IMG/VR virus record: IMGVR_UViG_3300047160_036266
Span: 128,001 to 192,000 of that record
Reading direction: 5' to 3' (one strand)
DNA from: a virus
Taxonomy: Duplodnaviria > Caudoviricetes
Length of the DNA: 64,000 nt
Below the pieces are notes generated by a model, which was not told where the DNA came from, made no database searches, and saw nothing but the letters and a program-made list of their open reading frames with translations. Below, piece after piece: positions 55,625 through 64,000 of the stretch. The first letter of the stretch is position 1. Each line of letters starts with the position of its first letter. A program made the translations under genes and the position numbers.

Positions 55625-56337
55625 GGAAAATATATCGAGAGACAAATGGTACAACTGGTACGGCTGCCGCCGGGGGCACTGCCAAGCCTGAGACTGCCAC
55701 TCTAAATCAGATATTGCAACAGGCTCAGAACGCCATTAAAGCCGCAATGAAACACTTTACGGACGGTATGGACGGGTTAAACGAGCGGCTGCTGGCGAAA
55801 ATGATTGACCTGGCGAAAACGCACCGTACTATGGCAGACAGGGTTGAGGATTTGACCACCCAACTTGCAACTGCCCAGGAAAATTATCGCCAATTGGATG
55901 GCCGAGTAACCAATCTGAATACTCAGATACAACAACTTGGTGTGGAAAGCGGTGTCGCTCAAGCAACAATACAAAGGTTGCAGGATGAGGCTACGAAGTT
56001 GCAGGAAGACATCCGAACGGCAACTCAGGAACTCGCCCAGGCGGAAACTCAGTTGAAACAGCACAAGGCAGGGCGCACATTATCCGATCAGCTTATCTCG
56101 GACCTCCAGCAAATGCTGCAAGACCAGGATACGCTTATCAGCCAGTATCAGCACAATGTTGAACAACTGGAAGCCAAGTACGAGGAATTGCAGAGACACA
56201 CCAAGAGTATTGGAGGTCCGGTGTCCCTGACTCAACAAAATGCACACACTCAGCACTTTGGAGTTAATCTCCGTGAACACCTGGAACGCGCCAGGAAGGT
56301 TGACGAACAGAAATATGGCCGACAAGGCAAGTTCTAA
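55621..56337 (+). CDS. Coiled-coil protein
   Basis: Heptad-rich; ATGA coupling. Confidence 0.7.
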   Translation: MRKIYRETNGTTGTAAAGGTAKPETATLNQILQQAQNAIKAAMKHFTDGMDGLNERLLAKMIDLAKTHRTMADRVEDLTTQLATAQENYRQLDGRVTNLNTQIQQLGVESGVAQATIQRLQDEATKLQEDIRTATQELAQAETQLKQHKAGRTLSDQLISDLQQMLQDQDTLISQYQHNVEQLEAKYEELQRHTKSIGGPVSLTQQNAHTQHFGVNLREHLERARKVDEQKYGRQGKF

Positions 56338-56344
56338 GACGAAG

Positions 56345-56368
56345 AACCCTGCTCCGGCGGGGTTTTTT
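56345..56368 (+). terminator. Intrinsic terminator
   Basis: AACCCTGC-TCCG-GCGGGGTT-TTTT. Confidence 0.55.
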
Positions 56369-56388
56369 GTTGCGCTCCACTACATAAT

Positions 56389-56997
56389 ATGATGAATACC
56401 TGGCTGGAGCATCGTCGCAAGCTCGCTGAAGAAGCCCTGAACGTAGTCGAGTACCGTGAGCTTTCCAAGGAAGAGTTCGAGGAACTGGCAGTCAACTACT
56501 GCGCCGCCGCACTGCGGCAGCCCCGTCTGCTGGAATGCGCCCACGCCAGCAACCAGGCTTTTATGGAAGCCGCCGAGGCATCCCGGTATGCCATCGAAGT
56601 CAACTACCGCACGACCATCAAGGACGCCCAGGAAGGTTTCGCCAAGATTGCAATGGGTTATGCCTCCGCAGCTTTGAAGGCTCACGGATACCACGTCAAG
56701 ATGGTCCTCACCGAAAAGCCCATGCGGTTGCTGGTGTCCAGCCGGAATTGGGACGATGGCGAGTGGGTCGGGATGATCTCGTACAACCCGGACCACAACT
56801 GCTTCATCTTGTCCAAAGGCTTTTACAACCGAGAACGGCGGACTGTCTCGGTGCAAAAGAGTGAAAAGTGCAGCGGTGACTCCGGCGCATCTTTGGCCAA
56901 TGACCTGAGAAATATGATGCACGCCCTGAAGAATGAGCCAGACGCCCACCAGGAGAAGCTGAAGCCGGTGCCTTTGAAGCGTGGTCCGAAGTCGTAA
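56389..56997 (+). CDS. Hypothetical protein
   Basis: N-terminus MNTWLE; TACATA upstream. Confidence 0.7.
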   Translation: MMNTWLEHRRKLAEEALNVVEYRELSKEEFEELAVNYCAAALRQPRLLECAHASNQAFMEAAEASRYAIEVNYRTTIKDAQEGFAKIAMGYASAALKAHGYHVKMVLTEKPMRLLVSSRNWDDGEWVGMISYNPDHNCFILSKGFYNRERRTVSVQKSEKCSGDSGASLANDLRNMMHALKNEPDAHQEKLKPVPLKRGPKS

Positions 56998-57006
56998 GGA
57001 GAACCA

Positions 57007-57201
57007 ATGGCCTGCATTTTGAACTTGCCGATCCCCCAACCGCCGCCGCCAGGTCCGCCACCGCAGGGCATCATGCGGCCCGTCAACCCCACTAACAAGG
57101 GGGTGTGCTACGTTACTTCGCTTCAGACCCAGGTGACGGCTCTCCTCCCGAAAGTTACTTGCGACCACCCTCCGATTGACCTGACGAAGTGCCCTTGTTG
57201 A
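57007..57201 (+). CDS. Small Cys/Pro-rich protein
   Basis: AAGGAG RBS; ends KCPC. Confidence 0.55.
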   Translation: MACILNLPIPQPPPPGPPPQGIMRPVNPTNKGVCYVTSLQTQVTALLPKVTCDHPPIDLTKCPC

Positions 57202-58243
57202 CGGTTCCCTGAAGCGGGAATTCTTTCACACCCATCAGCCGCTTAATGGCAGGGGCGAACTCCTTATTCTTGATGATAGCGGCCAAGCGATCATATTCCG
57301 TGTCCAGCGCCGCCAGTTGCCCACGAAGTTTCACCCGCTCGTCCTCGATGGCGTCCAGGCGACGACCAATATCGGCAAGCTCCTGGGCCTTGCTGGTAAA
57401 CTGGCGAAGCAGGAGGCCAAGGTCGATTTCCTCTTCCGGCTCTGGGGGCTGCTGCTGGACTTCAGGGACCGGGTGGCCCATCAGCGTATGACCCGCCGCT
57501 GTCAGGTCGTAACCGACGATAGCCGTGCCGCTGCGAATCTCCTCGACGTATTCAAACTTCAGAAGTTCGCTGATGACCCGGCTGACAGTGCGCAGAAGGT
57601 GACTACTCCAGTCACACTCTTGTTGAAGGGTTTTGATAAAGTCGTTCTTGGTCCGGGACCGACCTCCCTCGTTGATCTTCTGAATCTTCTCCAGCACGAA
57701 TTTCAACTTGTCCGGCTTGTTGATAATCCCCCGCAGGTGAGAGAAGTCCAACTCGGCCTGCTCCTCGCTCGCTTCCTCAGATGGAACCGGCTCCTCCACA
57801 GGCGTGTCCCGAAGGGCTAACGGGATAGAAGGGATGACGGCGACTTCTTCCGGCGGCATGGTGGCTACAGTCACGGTTTCCTCCAGACGCTCGTGGCGCA
57901 GTTCTTGCCGCCAGTGGCGCGATATTGACTTGCAGCAGCCCTTGAGTTGGTTGAAGAGATTTTCGGCAGAGTAGCCAGAGCCATCAGGGATGAGTAGGGT
58001 CATCTGATGGTCCTTTGTGTCGTTCGGGCCGGGCTTGACCCGAAGGTAAACTCCGAAGTCTTTATATCCGATGACCCTGATAGGGGAGGAGATGGAGTCA
58101 CAGTGCTTCATCTTGTCGATGCGGCATGACCAGGCCAGGTCTTTGGTGTAGCCTGCCTTGGTCAGAAGCATCTCGACCAGTTCGGCGGCTCCCTTGGGGT
58201 CGGAGTGGAAGTGGTCGCCCGCTGCGTACACTTCAACTTTCAC
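57155..58243 (-). CDS. Hypothetical protein (possible winged helix plus coiled coil)
   Basis: GTG start, AGGAG RBS, GYDLTAAG. Confidence 0.65.
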   Translation of the reverse strand: MKVEVYAAGDHFHSDPKGAAELVEMLLTKAGYTKDLAWSCRIDKMKHCDSISSPIRVIGYKDFGVYLRVKPGPNDTKDHQMTLLIPDGSGYSAENLFNQLKGCCKSISRHWRQELRHERLEETVTVATMPPEEVAVIPSIPLALRDTPVEEPVPSEEASEEQAELDFSHLRGIINKPDKLKFVLEKIQKINEGGRSRTKNDFIKTLQQECDWSSHLLRTVSRVISELLKFEYVEEIRSGTAIVGYDLTAAGHTLMGHPVPEVQQQPPEPEEEIDLGLLLRQFTSKAQELADIGRRLDAIEDERVKLRGQLAALDTEYDRLAAIIKNKEFAPAIKRLMGVKEFPLQGTVNKGTSSGQSEGGRK

Positions 58244-58324
58244 GGCGGAATCTCCTTTGGGGGCAAGGTTTTCCGACTCTACTCTACTGCCCGGAGAAAA
58301 CGGTTGTCAAGGGCTAAATAGGGC

Positions 58325-58804
58325 ATGATGTTGACTGAGCAATTCCATCGCATCGGCACCAACGGCAAGAAATATTATGGCCTCTGGGGTGCTGGCATCC
58401 TCTTCACCGATGGCGACCGAATTCTGTTGCTCCGGCGAAATACTCCGTCCGATTGTCCCAGCAAATGGGGATTACCAGGAGGGAGGGCCGAGAAGGGCGA
58501 GTCGGCCATTGACTGTGCGCGACGGGAGGCGAAGGAGGAGTGCGGCACACTCACCGGCACCCGCTTCGCCAACTTCGAGGAGATCGACGGTAAGCACCGC
58601 TTTTATGTCTTCCTTTATGCAGTTGATTCCCCCTTTGAGGTTAAATTGACCAAGGAACACGACAAGTCGGAGTGGGTGCCGCTGGGGGATTTAGACAAGT
58701 ATGACCTGCATCCTCGTCTGGAGAAGCAGATGCCGTATTATCGGAAGGCCATTTCTCGTAGATTCCCCCCTAAAAAGTTCACCGAATGGTTGGCGTGTCG
58801 ATAA
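58325..58804 (+). CDS. NUDIX hydrolase
   Basis: WGLPGGRAEKGESAIDCARREAKEECG Nudix box. Confidence 0.92.
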   Translation: MMLTEQFHRIGTNGKKYYGLWGAGILFTDGDRILLLRRNTPSDCPSKWGLPGGRAEKGESAIDCARREAKEECGTLTGTRFANFEEIDGKHRFYVFLYAVDSPFEVKLTKEHDKSEWVPLGDLDKYDLHPRLEKQMPYYRKAISRRFPPKKFTEWLACR

Positions 58805-59000
58805 ATCCAGTTGACAGTTGGGCGAAATCAATTAAAATTCTGGAGGCGACCAAACGCTGCCGCATTTGCCCGCTGCCGGAATTTGCCTGCCTGACCGAAT
58901 TTTCCGTTACCGAAATCGGCATGTGAGTTGCAGAATCATTCCTCGAACGAGGAGGAACGCCATAGTGTTGTATCTGAACCCACGACGAAGGAGTAGTCCG

Positions 59001-59252
59001 ATGATCGCGTTACTCGAACACCACCAACCTGCCAGGATGACCGACCTGGAGAAGTTCCTCGAAGACGTTATCCGCACAAGCTCAAAGGGCCTGCGGTTGC
59101 ACGAATTCGTGTTGAAAGCCCTCCATCACGGCTACCGGGGCGAGGAACGGGGCGAACTCACCAAGAACATCCATCGGTCCCTCAAGCGTCTGGTCCGCCG
59201 GGGCGTGATCCGCCGCACGGAAGATGAAAACGCCGTGGAATTCGTGGCCTGA
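59001..59252 (+). CDS. Small winged-helix protein
   Basis: AAGGAG RBS; IHRSLKRLVRRGVI. Confidence 0.55.
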   Translation: MIALLEHHQPARMTDLEKFLEDVIRTSSKGLRLHEFVLKALHHGYRGEERGELTKNIHRSLKRLVRRGVIRRTEDENAVEFVA

Positions 59253-59308
59253 CACTGTAAACGCCCCTATACACACTGCCCAGCGGCTTGGCCGCTGGGC
59301 AGTTTTGT

Positions 59309-60682
59309 TTACACCTTGGCGCGCTCCCTCACTTCCTCGAATGTCCATTCTCGCAACACTTCCCCGTTGCGAAATACCTCAACCAGCACATCTTCCCCAG
59401 GCCCGACCATCGGTAGGGTCTTATAACCGCCTCCCTGCCGCACCAATTTCATGCGCCCGGCCTTGCTGGCTTTCCCCTGATCGGTGACGGGCTGCTTGTA
59501 AACCTCCCGCTCCTGTCCATTGACAGTCACCGCTGCACACTTGAAGGCGAACTTGAGCGTGTCCCGATTCAGCTTTTGGAGTAAACCCCCGCCAGAACCA
59601 AAAGCAATGTTGTCGCCAGACCAGCCCCGATTCTTCATCGCCAGCAGGATCGCTCCCAAGGTGTCGAAGTCGATCCCATCGCCCTGGATGATACGGACGT
59701 GCGGATTTAACACCTTGAATCCCTTGGAGTTCCTTTCGTAGCCGAAAGCCTCTCCCAGCACATCCAGAACGGTGGGCACCACGGTGGTAGGCTCCCCGGA
59801 ATCAGGCCGGATCACCACCGTGCCGTTGCGCCCCAGGACCATCTGACGGAGTTCCTGGCCCCAATACTTCTCGCACGCCTGGAAGATGTTGAAGGAGTCG
59901 CTGACGACGGCCACCAGGCCCTCCGGGAACTGCTCCAGCATGTTGCGGAAGGCAGCTACCTCGAAATCCTTACCCCAGGACGTGATCGTGGAGTGTTCGG
60001 CGGCGGGAATTGAAAAACCGGCCATGTTGCAGCCGTAGTAATCACGGGCGACCTGCGGCCCTGCGAGCGTGTCTGTGCCAAGGAAGCTCACCAGATGTGC
60101 GGCACCGCCCACTCCGGCTGTCTCCACGGAGGAAACACCACGGAAACCGAAGTCATGGAGCTTGAATCCAACCAGGGCTGGATCGCCCGTTTCCCGCAAG
60201 TTATCGAGGAGAATCCTCTTCATCTCCCGGCTCTGGGTGGCCACCGTGCAGCCATACCAGACCTGTACCAGAAGAGTCTCCAGGTAGTTGGTCAGCCAGT
60301 AGCACTTGGGGTCGGTATTTTCGATGGTCATGAGGACGTTGTGGTTAGGAACCACCGTCCCTTCAGGCACCGCTTTGATGCTGACCGGCAACATGCCGTG
60401 GTGCTTCTTCAGGATATATTCCCAGCCCTCCCGGTTGAAGAGCTTGGCGTTGCCGAAGTGTTTGGCGAAGAAGTCTTCCGCCTGGTCGATGAAAACGGGC
60501 CAGATGCGGACGTTCTGAAGGTAGGTCTTGAGATAATACTGGAGGCCGAAGAAAACGACCTCCTTCCAGCGCCCGCCCCGTGATTCGTAGTAGGAGTACA
60601 CCGTCTCGGTGCCGGGCGGGTACTGCTTGTGGTGGCTCACCTTGTAAGAGTCGGTGAGCAGGATGATGTTGTTGGCGTTCAT
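59309..60682 (-). CDS. nadV: Nicotinamide phosphoribosyltransferase (NAMPT)
   Basis: LTDSYKVSH, LHDFGFRG, SIPAAEHS, VSDS, IRPDSG, IIQGDG, FGSGGGLLQ. Confidence 0.95.
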   Translation of the reverse strand: MNANNIILLTDSYKVSHHKQYPPGTETVYSYYESRGGRWKEVVFFGLQYYLKTYLQNVRIWPVFIDQAEDFFAKHFGNAKLFNREGWEYILKKHHGMLPVSIKAVPEGTVVPNHNVLMTIENTDPKCYWLTNYLETLLVQVWYGCTVATQSREMKRILLDNLRETGDPALVGFKLHDFGFRGVSSVETAGVGGAAHLVSFLGTDTLAGPQVARDYYGCNMAGFSIPAAEHSTITSWGKDFEVAAFRNMLEQFPEGLVAVVSDSFNIFQACEKYWGQELRQMVLGRNGTVVIRPDSGEPTTVVPTVLDVLGEAFGYERNSKGFKVLNPHVRIIQGDGIDFDTLGAILLAMKNRGWSGDNIAFGSGGGLLQKLNRDTLKFAFKCAAVTVNGQEREVYKQPVTDQGKASKAGRMKLVRQGGGYKTLPMVGPGEDVLVEVFRNGEVLREWTFEEVRERAKV

Positions 60683-60725
60683 GTAACCTCCTTGGCCCAA
60701 TTGTACGTCAGGAAAGCTTCACTGT

Positions 60726-61154
60726 TTAGTCAAGGTCCAGACGCAGGCCCAGGTTGTACCGACGAAAGCCGACCTTCTCGTAGAACGGGGCGACTTCTTC
60801 TGTGCAGTCGAGAGTGAGCTTGTAACAGCCGTTCGCTTTTGCCAGTTCCACGGCTCTTTCCATGAGCTTCTGGCCGATGCCCTCTTTTTGAAATTCCCGA
60901 TGTACTGCCACGTCCTCGACGTGTCCCACCTTGCCGCACCCGTGAATGTACTTTTGTTCAATGAACAGGGTAAGGGTGCCAACAATGCGCTCGCCCAGCT
61001 TAGCGACGAGGGTATGATACCCCCAGCGGTGGTTATAGGCCACTGCGGCGAGGGAGTAATCAGCGGGTTTGGTCGGTGTCAGGGCATTCAGACACTCCCA
61101 AAAATCCTGGCTGGTCACGTCCTTATAATCTGCCGGTTCTATGGACAGGTGCAT
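60726..61154 (-). CDS. GNAT, glucosamine-6-phosphate N-acetyltransferase (GNA1)-like
   Basis: EQKYIH..GKVGHVEDVAV, GCYKLTLDC, FYEKVGF. Confidence 0.82.
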   Translation of the reverse strand: MHLSIEPADYKDVTSQDFWECLNALTPTKPADYSLAAVAYNHRWGYHTLVAKLGERIVGTLTLFIEQKYIHGCGKVGHVEDVAVHREFQKEGIGQKLMERAVELAKANGCYKLTLDCTEEVAPFYEKVGFRRYNLGLRLDLD

Positions 61155-61726
61155 TTAATCTTCTCCACGACTTGCTTCATGTCTGACCAGACCAGGCCCT
61201 TGCATTCTTTCTGCAAATCGGGGTCTTGGAAGCGGAGGAGATAGGCGGGGTGAAAGGTCGGCATCACGGGGATGCCGTTGTACTCTTTCCAGAGGCCCCG
61301 CAGTCGGCTAATGGGCGTATCCACCTGGAGGAGATACTGTGCAGCCGTCGCCCCCAGACAGACGATCACCTTGGGGTTGATGGTGCGGATTTGTAATTTC
61401 AAAAATCCAGAGCAGTTGTCGGCCTCCTCCGGTTCCGGGGCGCGATTGCCTGGAGGGCGGCATTTGACGATGTTCGCAATATAAACATCGTCGCGTTCCC
61501 AGCCGCACGCCTTGATGATGTTGTTGAGAAGCTTTCCGGCCCGGCCCACAAAGGGTCGGCCCTCCTTGTCTTCATTCTCGCCCGGCCCCTCGCCAATAAA
61601 CATGACGTGGGCCGAACAGTTCCCTTCGCCAAACACGGTCTGGGTCCGGGAGGCCACCAGTTCGGGACATTTGGTACACTCACAGACCTTTTGCTCTACG
61701 AGGGAGAGCGCTTCATATTTTTTCAT
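61139..61726 (-). CDS. Uracil-DNA glycosylase family 4
   Basis: C..C Fe-S, GEGPG, GRPFVG, NIVKCRPP.NR, TFHPAYLLR. Confidence 0.95.
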   Translation of the reverse strand: MKKYEALSLVEQKVCECTKCPELVASRTQTVFGEGNCSAHVMFIGEGPGENEDKEGRPFVGRAGKLLNNIIKACGWERDDVYIANIVKCRPPGNRAPEPEEADNCSGFLKLQIRTINPKVIVCLGATAAQYLLQVDTPISRLRGLWKEYNGIPVMPTFHPAYLLRFQDPDLQKECKGLVWSDMKQVVEKIKCTCP

Positions 61727-62453
61727 CGCGTTTTCGGAATTTAGAAGCCTGGATGCAACTCTGCAAATAGCAGTCGATGCTTTCCCCGCAGTCGGCCCAA
61801 TAACCCTTGATGCGATGCGCCCTGAGCCGGCCCTGCGCCAAATATCGGTTGTTCAAGTCCGTGATTTCAAGCTCGTTGCGCTTGGACGGCTTGAGCGAGC
61901 GAATGAAATCCCAGACCCCGCTATCGTACATATAAAGGCCAATAGCAATCAAGTTCGATTTTGGCTCCTTTGGCTTTTCCACTATTTCCAATACCCGATC
62001 CTGGTCGTCTACCAATACCACGCCGTACCATTCGGGGTGAGCTACTTCGGTCAGGAAAATGCGTGCCCCTTCGGGGTTGGCCACAAAGTCCTGCACTGCT
62101 TCGGTGAATGGTTCTTCCAAAATGTTGTCGGCCAGGAGGACACAGATAGGCTCGCCGCAGGCCCATTCTTCGGCCAGGCCCAGGGCGTGGGCGATACCGG
62201 CTGCCTCTTTTTGATAGGTGTAAGCGACGTGCTTGAGGCCGAATTCCTCGCCGTTGCCGACGATTCTCAAAAACTCGCCCACGGCGTTGCCGCCACAGAC
62301 CAGCAATATATCGCGCACCCCGCTGTCCACAAGGGACTGGATGGGGTAGTAGATCATCGGTTTGTCATAAACCGGCAACAGGCATTTGTTGGTCACTTTG
62401 GTGAGTGGGTACAGTCTGGTCCCCAGCCCACCGGCAAGAATAATTCCACGCAT
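61713..62453 (-). CDS. rfbA: Glucose-1-phosphate thymidylyltransferase (RmlA/RfbA-like)
   Basis: GIILAGGLGTRLYPLT, K.LLPVYDKPMIYY, LADN, ELEITD. Confidence 0.9.
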   Translation of the reverse strand: MRGIILAGGLGTRLYPLTKVTNKCLLPVYDKPMIYYPIQSLVDSGVRDILLVCGGNAVGEFLRIVGNGEEFGLKHVAYTYQKEAAGIAHALGLAEEWACGEPICVLLADNILEEPFTEAVQDFVANPEGARIFLTEVAHPEWYGVVLVDDQDRVLEIVEKPKEPKSNLIAIGLYMYDSGVWDFIRSLKPSKRNELEITDLNNRYLAQGRLRAHRIKGYWADCGESIDCYLQSCIQASKFRKRDEKI

Positions 62454-62476
62454 ACCCTCATTATAGCTGCCACATA

Positions 62477-62515
62477 AAAGAAAACGCCACGGTTGCCCGT
62501 GGCGTTTTCTTTTAG
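62477..62515. terminator. Bidirectional intrinsic terminator
   Basis: AAAAGAAAACGCCACGG...CCGTGGCGTTTTCTTTT. Confidence 0.6.
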
Positions 62516-62715
62516 TCGTGCTGGTTTTCCACCTTCTGCATGGCCTCCTGCCAGGCATTGAATACCGGGGCGGTCATCGCCAGGCGGTATAACTCAGCCC
62601 GGTCAGCGCCATTCTGGAGCCAATGCTCAAAGACCGGGGCCAAGGCAGCACGCAGGTCACGCTCCAGAAGCTTGCCGTCTTCGGTCCAGTTGCCATTATC
62701 CAAGAACAGGTTCAT
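62512..62715 (-). CDS. Hypothetical protein
   Basis: 67-aa ORF coupled to the Thg1 gene. Confidence 0.5.
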   Translation of the reverse strand: MNLFLDNGNWTEDGKLLERDLRAALAPVFEHWLQNGADRAELYRLAMTAPVFNAWQEAMQKVENQHD

Positions 62716-63529
62716 CGGCTTTCCTTTCCACCACTGGCTCGGCAGCCTCGAAGATGACCGCTGGCCTGTTGGTGACTTTGCCGAACGGCGGCATGTCGAT
62801 CTGGACGTATTCCGTCCGTTCGATCATCAGTTCCGGGTTGGACCGGGCCTGGTGACGCTCCGGCAGCTTGTCCAGTTCTTCGGCGCTGAACTTGCGGCTG
62901 CGCACCCGCCGCTGGATGAACGTGCCCCGTTTGAAGAACGCCGGGTAGTCGTTCCAGTTGATGTTCTTCTGGCTCCACAGCATCTCCTGCATCTCCGGGC
63001 CGCTCTTGTTGTCCACTTGATTGTGGCTGAAATAAGCCCGTGCGGCCATCGAGATGGAGTTCTTGGTGGCGTCCTTTTCGCGCCACAGGAAGACGTTGGC
63101 CCCTTCATCGAGATTGGGGACGTTCCACACCCGGCAGTCGAAATTGGCCAGGTCGTCCGCCGTTTCCCCGAAGAAGCACAAATACTTCATGTTGAAATAG
63201 GTCGCGCACATCGAGGCCAGCACCGACACCATCTTCTGGATGCGACCGTCGAAGAAAATCTGGCTGGAGTAATCCGGGGCCAGCCAGGCGAGCGTAATCT
63301 CGTCCGATTGCGTGTAGCCCATGCAGGCGTTCGTCTCGCGCACCAGATAAAGCGTGGTGTCGATCATGAGATCGGAGAGGCGCTTGTCGTAGGGCCGCTC
63401 CATGTGCCGGGTGAACTTGTGGAATGCCTTGCCGTCCAGGCGGGCGCAGGCGGGCAGCAGTGGCATGAGCTTCCGCCCTGCCTCCGCACCTTCGTAGAGT
63501 TTCATCCGGTCGCCAAACTCATCGTTCAT
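62696..63529 (-). CDS. thg1: tRNA-His guanylyltransferase (Thg1/TLP family)
   Basis: GDRMKLYE, RLDGKAFH.FT, YTQSDEI, FDGRIQK, FDCR, NSISM. Confidence 0.93.
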   Translation of the reverse strand: MNDEFGDRMKLYEGAEAGRKLMPLLPACARLDGKAFHKFTRHMERPYDKRLSDLMIDTTLYLVRETNACMGYTQSDEITLAWLAPDYSSQIFFDGRIQKMVSVLASMCATYFNMKYLCFFGETADDLANFDCRVWNVPNLDEGANVFLWREKDATKNSISMAARAYFSHNQVDNKSGPEMQEMLWSQKNINWNDYPAFFKRGTFIQRRVRSRKFSAEELDKLPERHQARSNPELMIERTEYVQIDMPPFGKVTNRPAVIFEAAEPVVERKADEPVLG

Positions 63530-63557
63530 TTTTCGTCTCCTCGCTGGTAGATAGTGT

Positions 63558-64000
63558 ATGAACTTCAGACAGTGGTTAGAGAATAACCAAACCGCCGCAG
63601 ACATTCAGAAAGCCCTTGGGGGTATGGCGGGTGGACTTAAAATTGGTGCCCTCGTCAAAGCTGCCGTTCTATTCGTTCAGGGGCGTGATGCCGAGATGAA
63701 CTCCTTTATGGTAGGCTTCGACCAAAAGAGAAAACAGCAATTTCTGGACTTCTTGAAGACGCATCTCCCACAAAAACACCCTGGGCTTAGTAGTTCCCAG
63801 GTTTATGGCGACCCTGGCTTCGACAAATTCCGCAAGACCGCCCTGGAGCCTTTTATCGAAAAACTGTTTGGGGAACAGGACGCCGAAAAGCAGGCCCCGA
63901 AGCAGTTCAGCATTATTGGCTACCTGAAGAGTCAAGGGGTTGAGGTTGAACAAAGTCCCGATGGTATCATTTATACCAAAGGACCGCCACCCTGGGGCAA
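63558..64000 (+). CDS. Putative virion internal protein (runs off the window)
   Basis: Manually translated open frame MNFRQWLENNQ...; TAGATA 4 nt upstream; absent from the ORF track because there is no stop. Confidence 0.7.
   Translation, partial: MNFRQWLENNQTAADIQKALGGMAGGLKIGALVKAAVLFVQGRDAEMNSFMVGFDQKRKQQFLDFLKTHLPQKHPGLSSSQVYGDPGFDKFRKTALEPFIEKLFGEQDAEKQAPKQFSIIGYLKSQGVEVEQSPDGIIYTKGPPPWG

Noticed and set aside
1-64000. Stop-codon reassignment (alternative genetic code)
   Set aside because: Conserved genes are full length under the standard code and no suppressor tRNA is seen
1-64000. CRISPR array, integrase or intact transposase
   Set aside because: No regularly spaced direct repeats or recognisable recombinase/transposase motifs; peptide-coding repeats at 6100-6300 and 7860-8040 are low-complexity coding DNA

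Overview
A 64 kb segment of a large (jumbo-type) contractile-tailed phage genome with T4-like morphogenesis genes: tail sheath, two to three tail-tube paralogs, gp13/gp14/gp15-like neck and terminator proteins, a tail-assembly/baseplate-hub chaperone and a gp55-like late sigma factor. It also carries Mre11/Rad50-like (gp47/gp46) nucleases, class II RNR, CTP synthase, NAMPT, UDG, Thg1, a MoxR/vWA pair, and several glycosyltransferases and methyltransferases. A Planctomycetota host is inferred, not shown. The left 2 kb is a minus-strand RNA operon with 3 tRNA-Phe(GAA) and 4 tRNA-Ser. It is interleaved with three copies of a shared Y-RNA(YrlA)-like scaffold carrying different inserts (one is a circularly permuted tRNA-Phe-like module) and an unclassified 246-nt RNA ending in a 9-bp terminal stem plus GCCA. 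Next comes a cassette of translation-related fragments and fusions: triple bL12-CTD, a GlyRS catalytic core, an IleRS C-terminal domain, and a CsrA-STAS fusion. Other signals are a probable -1 frameshift in the tail chaperone, TANATA late promoters placed for leaderless mRNAs, and about 10 proteins with T4-like N-terminal capsid-targeting motifs, two of which look like an HhH glycosylase and an ECF-like sigma factor. All family assignments come from manual motif recognition; no database searches were run.
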